The notes: generated from the sequence alone by a model not told the origin. Shown: positions 24,463-33,916, counted from the stretch's first letter. The stretch: DNA of 64,000 nucleotides from an uncultured Chloroflexia bacterium (GCA_963701135.1 OY969567.1:2576537-2640536); one strand, 5' to 3'. Numbers and translations are program-made.

Positions 24463-25251
24463 ATGCGCATTCTCGTGATCGGAGACATCGTCGGCAGGCC
24501 GGGGCGGCGCGCCGTGGCCGCGCTCGTGCCGGGCCTGCGCCGCGAATTGCGCCTCGACATCGTCGTCGCCAACGGCGAGAACATGGCGGCCGGCCGCGGC
24601 ATCACCGTCAAGACCGCGAAGGAGGTCTTCGCCGGCGAGGTCGACGTGATCACGTCCGGCAACCACATCTGGGCGCAGCAGGAGGTCATCCCGTATCTCG
24701 ACACCGAGGCGCCGGTGCTGCGGCCCGCCAACTACCCGGAGGGCGTGCCCGGCCGCGGCATGGTGCGCTTCGCCGGCCTCACCGTGATCAACCTCATGGG
24801 CCGCACGTTCATGTACGAGATCGACGACCCGTTCCGCGCCGCCGACCGCCTGCTCGAAGCCGTCGAGCCCGGCACGCCCGTGCTCGTCGACATGCACGGC
24901 GAGGCGACGAGCGAAAAAGTCGCGATGGGCTGGTACCTCGACGGCCGGGTGTCGGCCGTCGTCGGCACGCACACGCACGTGCCGACCGCCGACCAGCGCA
25001 TCTTCCCGAAGGGCACGGCGTTCGTCTGCGATGCCGGCATGTGCGGCCCGCGCGACTCGGTGATCGGCGTCGAGGTGGAGCCCGTGATCCGCAAGTTCCT
25101 GACGGGGATGCCCGCGCGCTTCACCGTCGCCGAGAAGTCGAAGATGGTGGTGTTCAACTCCGTGCTCGTCGATATCGACGACGCCACGGGCAAGGCGCGC
25201 GCGATCGAGCGCGTCGACAGGGAATGGGAGCAGCATGGCGAGCAAGGGTGA
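24463..25251 (+). CDS. YmdB-like metallophosphoesterase (2',3'-cyclic-nucleotide 2'-phosphodiesterase, TIGR00282)
   Basis: MRILVIGDIVGRPGR...ANGENMAAGRGIT...TSGNHIW...GTHTHV motifs. Downstream of rny as in the conserved rny-ymdB arrangement. Confidence 0.8.
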   Translation: MRILVIGDIVGRPGRRAVAALVPGLRRELRLDIVVANGENMAAGRGITVKTAKEVFAGEVDVITSGNHIWAQQEVIPYLDTEAPVLRPANYPEGVPGRGMVRFAGLTVINLMGRTFMYEIDDPFRAADRLLEAVEPGTPVLVDMHGEATSEKVAMGWYLDGRVSAVVGTHTHVPTADQRIFPKGTAFVCDAGMCGPRDSVIGVEVEPVIRKFLTGMPARFTVAEKSKMVVFNSVLVDIDDATGKARAIERVDREWEQHGEQG

Positions 25252-26089
25252 TTTTCACACGCACAGCACCGCGTCCGACGGGCGCCTGACACCTACGGAG
25301 CTCGTCGACCTGGCGGCGGGGCAGGGCGTGAAGTACCACGCGCTCACCGACCACGACTCGACCGAGGGTGTGGCCGAGGCGCGCAAGGCCGGTGAGAAGC
25401 ACCCGGGCTACGTGCTGATCCCGGGTGTCGAGATGGGGACCGACATCGAGGGCGCCGAGGTGCACATGCTCGGCCTCTACCTGAGCCCGGACGACGCGAA
25501 GCTGCAGGAGATGCTCGCGAAGCTGCGCGAGGGTCGCCTCGGCCGTGGCGAGGGCATCGTCAAGAAGCTGCGTGCGATGGGCATCATGATCGAGTGGGAG
25601 CGCGTGCAGCAGATCGCCGGAGACGCCGCGGTCGGACGGCCGCACGTCGCGCAGGCGCTCGTCGAAAAGGGCTACGTCTCGAAGGTGGCGGAGGCGTTCG
25701 ACAAGTGGATCGGGCGCAACGGCCCGGCCTACGTCGAGCGCGACAAGATGACGCCGGCCGAGTCCGTGCGATGCATCGTCGAGCGCGGCGGCCTGGCGTG
25801 CCTGGCGCACCCGGCCGACATGGCCGATCTCGATAACCTGCTCATCGAGCTGAAGCAGGCCGGCATGGCGGCGATGGAGGTCTTCTACAAGGACTACCCG
25901 CCGGAGACGGTCGAGCGGCTGCGCGTCGCGGCGGAGAAGCACGGGCTGCTGCCGCTCGGCGGGAGCGACTACCACGGCATCTTCGGCAACGACGAGCCGC
26001 TGCCCGGCAACATCCCGCTGCCGGACTCCTCGGTGGAGCGGCTGCTGGAGTTCGCGCGCACGCTGCCCAACCGGGAGCTCGTGCGGTAG
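25235..26089 (+). CDS. PHP-domain phosphoesterase
   Basis: DFHTHSTASDG...ALTDHD...GGSDYHG PHP-family His/Asp motifs. Overlaps the ymdB-like stop. Confidence 0.75.
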   Translation: MASKGDFHTHSTASDGRLTPTELVDLAAGQGVKYHALTDHDSTEGVAEARKAGEKHPGYVLIPGVEMGTDIEGAEVHMLGLYLSPDDAKLQEMLAKLREGRLGRGEGIVKKLRAMGIMIEWERVQQIAGDAAVGRPHVAQALVEKGYVSKVAEAFDKWIGRNGPAYVERDKMTPAESVRCIVERGGLACLAHPADMADLDNLLIELKQAGMAAMEVFYKDYPPETVERLRVAAEKHGLLPLGGSDYHGIFGNDEPLPGNIPLPDSSVERLLEFARTLPNRELVR

Positions 26090-26256
26090 GCCGGAGCTGG
26101 TAGTCCGTGACGCCCCGCCGCCCCCGCGTTGCCGAGCCCGGCCGCCTGACCGCCGGTTGACGCAATCGTCAATCTGCACTATCGATTGCGCCGGTGCCGC
26201 GATAAGCTAACGCGACTGGCGCCGCCGTGGCGCCTTTTGGTTGCCCGGACCGGCCG

Positions 26257-26751
26257 ATGCAGTGTGCTACCCATCCCAACGTTGAGACCGAGCTGACGTG
26301 CAGCCGCTGTGGCAAGGCGATCTGCCCGCGCTGCCTGGTGCACACGCCCGTCGGCGCCCGCTGCCGCGAGTGCGCCAACGTGCGCCGCATCCCCACCTAC
26401 AACACGCCCGGCACCGTGATGCTGCGGGCGGCGGGTGCGGCGTTCGGCGCCGCGATCGCCGTCGGCATCGCCTGGTGGCTCTTCAATCCGCTGACGTGTT
26501 TCTTCTACGGCGTCATCGCCGGGCTGGCGTTTGGCTACGCGGTCGGAGAGCTGGTGTCGTTGGGGACGAACCGCCGGGCGGGGCCGCCGTTGCAGGCCGT
26601 CGCCGTCGCCGGCGTGGTACTGGCGTACGTGCTGCGGGTGATACTGCTGTTCGCGATCAGCGGATGGGTGCTGGGGGACCTGCGGCTTGACCTGTGCGGG
26701 CTGATCGCCCTGACGCTGGCCGGCTTCATCGCCGCCGGCCGGCTGCGCTAG
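26257..26751 (+). CDS. B-box-type zinc-finger membrane protein (hypothetical)
   Basis: N-terminal CxxC...CxxC...CxxC (CSRCGKAICPRCLVHTPVGARCREC) followed by 3-4 predicted TM helices. Confidence 0.5.
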   Translation: MQCATHPNVETELTCSRCGKAICPRCLVHTPVGARCRECANVRRIPTYNTPGTVMLRAAGAAFGAAIAVGIAWWLFNPLTCFFYGVIAGLAFGYAVGELVSLGTNRRAGPPLQAVAVAGVVLAYVLRVILLFAISGWVLGDLRLDLCGLIALTLAGFIAAGRLR

Positions 26752-26774
26752 CGCGAGGTCTGACTGCGATGTGC

Positions 26775-27150
26775 TACGTAGCCACGTGGCGCGGGCTTTT
26801 CAGCCCGCTCGGCACCACGGCTCGCTGGTGTACTGTTTCGAAATGGCGTTGGTTAACGCGACGCGAAGCGTGGATCACAGCCGCCCCCGGCTGTACGTCC
26901 GGCGATCGACGCGTCGCCGAAGGAGACAGCCGGAGCGCCGCGGCGGTCCTACGTGGCGCGGGCTTTTCAGCCCGCGCGGCACCACGGCTCGCTGGTGTAC
27001 TGTTTCGAAATGGCGTTGGTTAACGCGACGCGAAGCGTGGATCACAGCCGCCCCCGGCTGTACGTCCGGCGATCGACGCGTCGCCGAAGGAGACAGCCGG
27101 AGCGCCGCGGCAGTCCTACGTGGCGCGGGCTTTTCAGCCCGCGCGGCGCT
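26775..27150. repeat. Tandem array (2.2 copies) of a ~170-bp unit belonging to the MITE-like repeat family
   Basis: Units begin CTACGT(A/G)GC(CAC)GTGGCGCGGGCTTTTCAGCCCGC and contain the palindromes GCGCGGGCTTTTCAGCCCGCGC and ACAGCCGCCCCCGGCTGT. The copies at 26775, 26949 and 27117 are nearly identical. Confidence 0.85.
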
Positions 27151-27222
27151 TCGCACTGCTGCGCCTCGACGGTTGGCCGGCGTCTCCTCCCCGCGCGGGG
27201 GGTGGCGTTGGGGTTGGCTGCG

Positions 27223-27744
27223 CTAGCGCATCACCACCGCGAGGATCACGAGCGTCACGATGACCATCGTCGCGAGGACGGCGATCCGCCGCAGCTCGTG
27301 CATCGCGTACTTCGTGTCGCGGACGGCGAGCGCCTGGACGTCGAGGTCGCGCCGCTTTCGCACGCCCTGTTGCTGGATGGCGCGGACCGTCGTGGGCAGC
27401 TTGCCCGACGGCGTACGCTGGAACGGCACAGGGCGGTCCGGCTCGGACACCGGCTCCGCCGCGGCGGGTGGAGCGAATGCGGCCGCCGGCTCCGTCGCAG
27501 CGGGCACGGGCTCGGCGGCGGCTTCGACGGCCGCGCGCACAACCTCGGCCGCATCCTGCTGGTCCTCTTCGACGTACTGCTCTTGATCTTCGGGGAGCGC
27601 CGCCGGCTGGGCGCCGGGACGCAGGTAGGCGCGGTCAGTGCGCTTCTTCTTCCCCTGGATCCGGCCATCGCGGACGAGCGGTCGATTCTGTCTTGGCAAT
27701 GTCTCTCCTGGCGGCCGCCGGCGGCCGGGCAAATTGCCCCGCAT
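27223..27744 (-). CDS. Hypothetical tail-anchored membrane protein (Pro/Ala/Glu-rich linker, C-terminal TM helix)
   Basis: The only frame with a non-degenerate composition and a clean C-terminal TM (IAVLATMVIVTLVILAVVM). The alternative frames are Arg/Ser/Pro-rich. The start is uncertain. Confidence 0.35.
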   Translation of the reverse strand: MRGNLPGRRRPPGETLPRQNRPLVRDGRIQGKKKRTDRAYLRPGAQPAALPEDQEQYVEEDQQDAAEVVRAAVEAAAEPVPAATEPAAAFAPPAAAEPVSEPDRPVPFQRTPSGKLPTTVRAIQQQGVRKRRDLDVQALAVRDTKYAMHELRRIAVLATMVIVTLVILAVVMR

Positions 27745-27821
27745 TATAGCCTCGGCCTATTGCCGTCACAACGCCACCCCCGCTGGCGGGTGTACCGGTG
27801 GCGACCCGCCATCGCCTGGGT

Positions 27822-28485
27822 TATGCTGGCCGCGCTCGTGGCCGGTGTCATACTGGCCCCCTGGGTCGTACGCAATCAGCGCCAACTGGGCAGCCCCGTG
27901 ATCATCGCGACGAACTTCGGCCCGAATGTCTGGATCGGCAACCACGACGGCGCCTCGGGCCGGATGAACATCGGCGAGCCGGAGCCGCCGCAGCCGGAAC
28001 GGGGCGACCTGACGCAGCCGGAGTTCGAGGTGAAGGCGGACCGGCTCGCGCTTCGGAAGGGGCTCGGTTTTATGTTCACTCACCCGGCCGAAGAAGTGCG
28101 GCTCACCGCAACCAAGGTGCGGGCCATGTACGAGTCCGCCGCCACGGCGCTCGACTGGAGCTCGGCGTACAAGGCCGGCTTCTACTCGTCGCGGACGGCC
28201 GAAGACCGGCTGCGGGCGGCGGCCAACGGCTTCTGGTTCGCGGCGCTGGCGCTGGCGGCGCCGGGGTTCGTCGCGAGCCGGATGAAGCTCGGCAACGTCA
28301 TCGGCATCTTGCCGGCCATGGTGCTGCTCTGGACGGCGGCCCACCTGCTGTTCTTCGGCGACCCGCGCTTCCACTACGCGATCGTCTTCGCGTTCGCGCT
28401 GCTCGCCGCGCGCGGCCTGGTCGTGCTGTTCGAAGCCGTCGGCAGGCCGCAACCGGCCCTCGGCGGGAGGTACGTGCGGGCTTGA
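27822..28485 (+). pseudogene. N-terminally truncated remnant of a GT-C (PMT_2/ArnT-like) glycosyltransferase paralog (C-terminal ~220 aa only)
   Basis: Aligns with the C-terminal third of the two downstream paralogs, including the conserved FFGDPRFHY motif (paralogs FFGNQRFHF and FIGDPRYHF). It has no TM-rich N-terminal core, and no room for one exists between it and the upstream gene and repeat. Confidence 0.65.
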
Positions 28486-28559
28486 GCGTCGAGACACCGG
28501 CGGCCGTTCGCATCGAAGCCGGGGTGGCGCGCGACACGCCGGCGGTGCGTGCGTTCGCT

Positions 28560-29852
28560 ATGCGCCGCATCGACGTTCTCCTCATAGTCGCGCTGTTCAC
28601 CTTGGCAATCATTCCGCGCGCCGCGTGGGTCGCGTACCGCGACCGCGCACCTCAGGAAATCAGCGACCCGGCGCTGTACAGCATCTATAGTGACCAGATC
28701 GCGGACGGGAATGGCTACGCCCGCCTGACGGGCGAGAAAACCGCCTACTACCCTGTCGGATACCCCGCGACGGTGGCAGGGCTGAAGAAGGCCGGCGACA
28801 TCTTCGGTTGGGGGCGCAGCATCTTCTCGGTGAAGATGATGAACGGGATGTTCGGCGCCGTCACCGTGCTGCTCTTATACCTCCTGGCCTCGCGCATGTT
28901 TGACCGCCGCGTCGCCGTCGTCGCCGGCATGCTGGAGGCTACCTTTCCCAGTCAGGTGTACTACACCGGTGCGATTCTGTCAGAGCCGGAATTCACGATG
29001 CTTTTCGTCGCGGCGCTGCTGGTGCTGTTGTGGAAGCCGTGGACGCGCGGGGGCATGGCGTGCCCCCAACTCCTGTCCGCCGGCTTACTTCTCGGCGCCG
29101 GAACCATGGTTCGCGGAATCCTCGTCATCTTCCCCCTCGTGCTGCTGGCGGTCTGGCTTTATTACCTGCACTCGAAGAAGCGAGCGCTCTTGCAAGCGTT
29201 GACTGTGTTCGTTGGGATCTCCGTGTTTGTCGTCCCGTGGTCGATGCGCAATACGATCGTCTTCGGCGAGTTGACTGGACCATCGACGAATCTCGGTGAC
29301 GACCTGTGCATCGGCAACTTCAATCGCTCCCGCGGTAAGTTCACGCTCGAAGGGAAGTGCTTCGATGGTTACGAGGGACTGTCGCCGCAAGAGACAGAGT
29401 TGGAGCGCAACAAGCAGGGCCTGCGCATCGCCCTTCAGGACGTAATCACCCACCCCGCCCGAATGCCAGAGCTCATCGGCCAGAAGGCCTACTGGCTTTT
29501 CTACCAGGACGATGACGGCCTGAGTGCATCGATGGACTTCGGAAACAACGTGTTCATGTCCGGATACCGGCGAGAGGTGCTGAGCTTCGCGGCCAACGCT
29601 ATCTACTACGCGACGGCCGCCGTGACGATACTTGGCGCACTCGCCTTCGTGTGCTCTCGTGATCTGCGCCGACTGTTTGTACTCCTGTCGATGCTCTATG
29701 TGCTTGCGATGCCGCTCGTGTTTTTCGGCAACCAGCGGTTCCACTTCCCGGCGATCCCGCTCGCCGTGCTGATCACCGCCGCGACGATCGTCGCGATCTG
29801 GGACGGCCGCCGGCGGCGGCTTCCCGCCATGGAGCGGCTCGATGTTCGATAG
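28560..29852 (+). CDS. GT-C fold membrane glycosyltransferase (PMT_2 / ArnT / dolichyl-phosphate-mannose-protein mannosyltransferase-like)
   Basis: About 10 TM helices and the acidic loop SDPALYSIYSDQIADGNGYARL of GT-C/GT39/GT83-type enzymes. An alternative TTG start at 28482 overlaps the upstream stop. Confidence 0.7.
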   Translation: MRRIDVLLIVALFTLAIIPRAAWVAYRDRAPQEISDPALYSIYSDQIADGNGYARLTGEKTAYYPVGYPATVAGLKKAGDIFGWGRSIFSVKMMNGMFGAVTVLLLYLLASRMFDRRVAVVAGMLEATFPSQVYYTGAILSEPEFTMLFVAALLVLLWKPWTRGGMACPQLLSAGLLLGAGTMVRGILVIFPLVLLAVWLYYLHSKKRALLQALTVFVGISVFVVPWSMRNTIVFGELTGPSTNLGDDLCIGNFNRSRGKFTLEGKCFDGYEGLSPQETELERNKQGLRIALQDVITHPARMPELIGQKAYWLFYQDDDGLSASMDFGNNVFMSGYRREVLSFAANAIYYATAAVTILGALAFVCSRDLRRLFVLLSMLYVLAMPLVFFGNQRFHFPAIPLAVLITAATIVAIWDGRRRRLPAMERLDVR

Positions 29853-31236
29853 CGCCAGGCGCTGGGCCGCCTCCCCAACGGGCCGGGCCGTGCTCGCCAT
29901 CTTCCTGCTGGCGCTTGCTGCCAGGCTGCTCGTCGTCGCCGTCATCCACCCAAGCCCGCGCGACGGCCGCTTCGATGACAGCGTCTGGTACGACACCTCC
30001 GCCCGCCACCTCGCCGCCGGCGATGGCTACGTGTTCGACCCGACCGTCTGGTTCGCGTCCGATGGCAGCCGCATCTACCCGGACGAAGAGGCGCTGTCCC
30101 CCACTGCCATCTGGCCGCCCGGCTACCCCGCCACTCTCGCGGTCATCTACAAGGCCAGTGGCGACGCGCTCTGGGCCGGACGCATGCTCAATGTCCTGTG
30201 CGGCGCGCTCACCGCCGTCCTTGTGTACGCCATCGCCCGCAAGCTCTTCGGCCAGGCCGAGGGTGTATTCGCCGGCGTCCTCATGGCGCTCTTCCCCGGC
30301 CACGTCTACTTCACGCCGATCCTCATGAGCGAGACCTTCTTCCTCTTCCTCATGACGTCGACCCTCGCCGCGTTCCTGTACTGCGTCCTCGACCGCGAGC
30401 GTCCCACGCTGCGCGCCGTCGCCGCCTCTGGCCTGCTCGCCGGTCTCACCGCCATATCCCGCGGCGAGTTCATGCCGTTCCCGGCCATCATGCTCGTCCT
30501 GCTGGCGTTCCATGTCGGCTTGAGGCGCTCGCCGCTCCCCGCCGCCGTCCTCGTTGTTAGCGTGGCGGCGATCTTCGCGCCGTGGGCGATCCGCAACAAG
30601 ATCCAGATGGGGGAGATGATCGTCGGCACCACCGGTGCCGGCCGCGTCGCCATCCAGGGCCACCACCCTCTGTCGGAAGGCATCCCCAGCCTCGAGATCT
30701 TCGGCCGCATCGACCACGAGTACGCGACGCTTCCGCGCAAGGAGCGCGAGCTCAAGGTCAACTCCGAAGGCATGTACCGCGCGCGCACCTTCGCGTGGGA
30801 CCACAAACTGGAGGAGCTGCGGCTGATCCCGCGGCGGATGTACGGCCTCTTCCGGTCCGACGAGTCGGCCATCACGTGGACGCAGTCCAACAAGCCGGTC
30901 TACGGCGAGGAGACGGCGAAACGGCTGATCAACCTCTGCTCGTTCTTCTTCTTCGGCACGATCGGCTTCGCGCTGATCTCGTGGCCGATCTGGTTCCGGT
31001 GGCGCGATACGAAGCGCTGGCTGCTGTTCGCGCCGGTGCCGTTTTATATGCTGATGTTCGGGGTGATCTTCATCGGCGATCCGAGGTACCACTTCGGCAT
31101 GTACACGTCGCTCATCGTGCTGGCATCGCCGGGTCTGGCGCTGCTGTGGCGCATCACCGCCGAGAACTTCCGCGCCGTCTCCGGCGGGCGCTCGCTGGGC
31201 GCGGTCCTGCGGACGTACGGCGCGCCGCGGCCGTGA
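29842..31236 (+). CDS. GT-C fold membrane glycosyltransferase (PMT_2 / ArnT-like), paralog of the preceding gene
   Basis: DDSVWYDTSARHLAAGDGYVF acidic loop, multiple TM helices, conserved C-terminal FIGDPRYHF. Overlaps the upstream gene by 11 nt. Confidence 0.7.
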   Translation: MFDSARRWAASPTGRAVLAIFLLALAARLLVVAVIHPSPRDGRFDDSVWYDTSARHLAAGDGYVFDPTVWFASDGSRIYPDEEALSPTAIWPPGYPATLAVIYKASGDALWAGRMLNVLCGALTAVLVYAIARKLFGQAEGVFAGVLMALFPGHVYFTPILMSETFFLFLMTSTLAAFLYCVLDRERPTLRAVAASGLLAGLTAISRGEFMPFPAIMLVLLAFHVGLRRSPLPAAVLVVSVAAIFAPWAIRNKIQMGEMIVGTTGAGRVAIQGHHPLSEGIPSLEIFGRIDHEYATLPRKERELKVNSEGMYRARTFAWDHKLEELRLIPRRMYGLFRSDESAITWTQSNKPVYGEETAKRLINLCSFFFFGTIGFALISWPIWFRWRDTKRWLLFAPVPFYMLMFGVIFIGDPRYHFGMYTSLIVLASPGLALLWRITAENFRAVSGGRSLGAVLRTYGAPRP

Positions 31237-31457
31237 ATCCGTTCGCGAGCCACTGGTTCCGGCTCGCGGGCTGGCTGTTCCTTGCGTCGCCTGTCGTGGC
31301 GCTGCTGGTCGTGCTGACGGCGGGGGCGGATTTCACGCTGGCGCTCATCGTCACGCTGTATATATGGGCCCTTGTTTGCGTCATACTGGCGCTAATCGCG
31401 CTCGCCGGGCTGGTGTTCCGGCTGTTGGGTCGGGGGATCCGTGCGCTTCGAAGGTAA
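31233..31457 (+). CDS. Small two-TM membrane protein (74 aa). Speculatively a lipid-linked-sugar flippase subunit (GtrA/ArnE-like role).
   Basis: GTG start overlapping the upstream stop (GTGA). Two hydrophobic helices. Translationally coupled to flanking genes on both sides. Confidence 0.35.
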   Translation: MNPFASHWFRLAGWLFLASPVVALLVVLTAGADFTLALIVTLYIWALVCVILALIALAGLVFRLLGRGIRALRR

Positions 31458-32433
31458 GACCGTCGTCGTCACCGGCGCGGGCGGCTTCATCGGCAGCCAT
31501 CTCATCGAGCAGTTGCTGGCGGCGGGGGCGCACGTGCGCGCGATGCTCCGGTACACGTCGCGCGGCCAGCGCGGCTGCCTGGACCTGCTGCCGGCGCCGC
31601 TGCTCGGCGACGTCGCCATCACGATGGGCGACGTGCGCGACTTCGACGCGGTGCGCGAGGTGATGCGCGGCGCCGACGCGGTCTTCCACCTGGCGGCGCT
31701 GATCGGCATCCCCTACTCGTACGAGCACCCGCAGGAGGTCATCGACACCAACATCATCGGCACGTCGAATGTGCTGCTGGCCGCGAAGGAGCTGGGCACG
31801 CTGGAGCGCCTCGTGCTGACGTCGACCAGCGAGGTCTACGGCTCGGCGCTGCGCGTGCCGATGGACGAGGAGCACCCGTTGCAGGCGCAGTCGCCGTACT
31901 CGGCGACGAAGATCGCCGGCGACGCGCTCGGGTTGAGCTTCCACCGCTCGTTCGGGATGCCGGTGACGATCGTGCGGCCGTTCAACGCGTACGGTCCGCG
32001 GCAGTCGGCGCGCGCGGTGATCCCGACGATCATCAGCCAGGCGGTGACGGGCGCGGCGCTGCGCCTGGGCACGCTCGACACGACGCGCGACTTCACGTTC
32101 GTCGCCGACACGGCGCGCGGGTTCATCGCCATCGCCGCGGCCGATGCGGCGGTCGGCGAGGTCGTGAACGCCGGCTCCGGCAAGGAAGTGAGCATCCGCG
32201 AGATCGTGCGGAAGGTGGGCGAGATCACCGGCCGGGAGCTTGCCGTCGAAGGCGACGAGCAGCGGATGCGGCCGGCGAAGAGCGAGGTGTCGCGGCTGCT
32301 GTCCGACAGCTCGAAGGCGCAGCGGCTCGCCGGCTGGCAGGCCGAGGTCTCGCTCGATGAAGGGCTGCGGCTCACGACGGAGTGGATCCGCGAGCACATC
32401 GGCCTCTACCGGCCGAAGGAGTACGCGGTATGA
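31441..32433 (+). CDS. NAD-dependent sugar epimerase/dehydratase (SDR, UDP-glucose 4-epimerase-like)
   Basis: GAGGFIGSHL Rossmann motif, catalytic YSATK, 330 aa. Confidence 0.8.
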   Translation: MRFEGKTVVVTGAGGFIGSHLIEQLLAAGAHVRAMLRYTSRGQRGCLDLLPAPLLGDVAITMGDVRDFDAVREVMRGADAVFHLAALIGIPYSYEHPQEVIDTNIIGTSNVLLAAKELGTLERLVLTSTSEVYGSALRVPMDEEHPLQAQSPYSATKIAGDALGLSFHRSFGMPVTIVRPFNAYGPRQSARAVIPTIISQAVTGAALRLGTLDTTRDFTFVADTARGFIAIAAADAAVGEVVNAGSGKEVSIREIVRKVGEITGRELAVEGDEQRMRPAKSEVSRLLSDSSKAQRLAGWQAEVSLDEGLRLTTEWIREHIGLYRPKEYAV

Positions 32434-33134
32434 AGGCCGTGATCCTGGCCGGCGGCAAAGGCGTGCGGCTGCGGCCGCTCACGTACACGATCCCCAAACC
32501 GCTGTTGCCCGTCGGCGAGAAGCCGATCCTCGAAGAGATCATCGAGCGGCTGAAGGTCCACGGGTTCCACGATTTCATCATCGCGGTGGGGTATCGCGCG
32601 GAGCTGATCGAGACGTACTTCCGCGACGGCGAGCAGCTCGGCGTGCACATCGACTACGTGCGCGAGTCGCACGCGCTCGGCACGGCCGGCCCGTTGTCGC
32701 TGGTGCGCGCTTCGTTCGAGCTGCCGCCGGACGAGCCGCTGCTGGCGATGAACGGCGACATCCTGACGGACCTGGACATGACGGCGTTTATGGAGTTCCA
32801 CCGCCGCGGCGGCTACGAGGTAAGCGTCGCCACGCGGGAGTTCCGGCTCCAGCACCCGTACGGCGTCGTCGAGGTCGACGGCGAGCGCGTCACGGGCATC
32901 GTCGAGAAGCCGGTCGAGACGGACATCGTGAGCGCGGGCGTGTACGCCATCCAGCCGTCGGCGCTGGACGTGATCCCGTACAACAGCTTCTTCGACATCC
33001 CGGACCTGGTGAACCGGCTGCTGGCCGATGGCCGCCCGGTGGGCGCGTACCAGTTCACCGACGACTGGCTGGCGATCGACCGCATCGACCAGCTCGAGGA
33101 CGCGGCGCGCATGCTGGCGGAGCGCCACGCATGA
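32430..33134 (+). CDS. Sugar-phosphate nucleotidyltransferase (NTP_transferase family)
   Basis: MKAVILAGGKGVRLRPLTYTIPKPLLPV N-terminal signature. ATGA overlap with the epimerase. Confidence 0.8.
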   Translation: MKAVILAGGKGVRLRPLTYTIPKPLLPVGEKPILEEIIERLKVHGFHDFIIAVGYRAELIETYFRDGEQLGVHIDYVRESHALGTAGPLSLVRASFELPPDEPLLAMNGDILTDLDMTAFMEFHRRGGYEVSVATREFRLQHPYGVVEVDGERVTGIVEKPVETDIVSAGVYAIQPSALDVIPYNSFFDIPDLVNRLLADGRPVGAYQFTDDWLAIDRIDQLEDAARMLAERHA

Positions 33135-33916
33135 AGCTCTCGATCGTGATCCCCGTCCGCAACGAGCGCGACACGGTGGCGCCGCTGATCGAGCGCGTGC
33201 GCGCGGTGGACTGCGGCATGCCGAAGGAGCTGATCGTGGTCGATGGCGCATCGACCGACGGGACGCGCGAGGCGCTGCTGGCGATGGAGCCGGCCGGCGA
33301 CCTGGTGCTCGTGCTCGAAGACGCCGCCCGGGGCAAGGGGCGCGCCGTCCGCACCGGGTTCGAGCGGGCGAGCGGAGAGATCGTGATGGTGCAGGACGCG
33401 GACCTGGAGCTGGACCCATCGGAGATCCCGTCGCTGCTGGCGCCGATCGTCGAGGGGCGGACCGGCGTGGTGTTCGGCTCGCGCTTCAAGGGGCGCGGCC
33501 GCGGCAGGACGCCGCTGGTGGGCTACGCCGGCAACTTCATGCTGACGTGGGCGGCCAACGTGCTGTACTTCACGCGGCTCAGCGACATCCTCACGTGTTA
33601 CAAGGTGATGCTGACGGGCGTGGCGCGCGGGCTCGACCTCACGTGCGACGGCTTCGACCTGGACGCGGAGATCACGTGCCGGCTGCTGCGCGACGGCTAC
33701 CGCATCGTCGAAGTGCCCGTGACGTACGAGCCGCGCGGCGCGGACGAGGGGAAGAAGCTCAGTCCCGGCGCCGGGTGGAGCGTGCTGCGGGCGATCGTGC
33801 GCGTGCGCTTCTCGCGCGGGCGGCGGCGCGTCGAGCCGATCATGGCGGCCGCGGAGCCGCCTGTGCGCACGCCGGCCGGCGCGGCGAGCGCGCGCGACGG
33901 CGACGAGCAGCGTTGA
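33131..33916 (+). CDS. Family 2 glycosyltransferase (polyprenyl-phosphate sugar synthase-like: DPM1/ArnC/GtrB type)
   Basis: LSIVIPVRNE, DGASTDGT, VQDADLE motifs of GT2 Dpm1/GtrB-like enzymes. ATGA overlap with the upstream gene. Confidence 0.75.
   Translation: MKLSIVIPVRNERDTVAPLIERVRAVDCGMPKELIVVDGASTDGTREALLAMEPAGDLVLVLEDAARGKGRAVRTGFERASGEIVMVQDADLELDPSEIPSLLAPIVEGRTGVVFGSRFKGRGRGRTPLVGYAGNFMLTWAANVLYFTRLSDILTCYKVMLTGVARGLDLTCDGFDLDAEITCRLLRDGYRIVEVPVTYEPRGADEGKKLSPGAGWSVLRAIVRVRFSRGRRRVEPIMAAAEPPVRTPAGAASARDGDEQR

Noticed and set aside
26694-27226. Protein-coding ORFs 26694-27023, 26771-27226 and the start of 26953-28485
   Set aside because: They lie entirely within the 170-bp tandem MITE-like repeats, so the same peptide is encoded twice purely through DNA duplication. 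There are no RBS signals.
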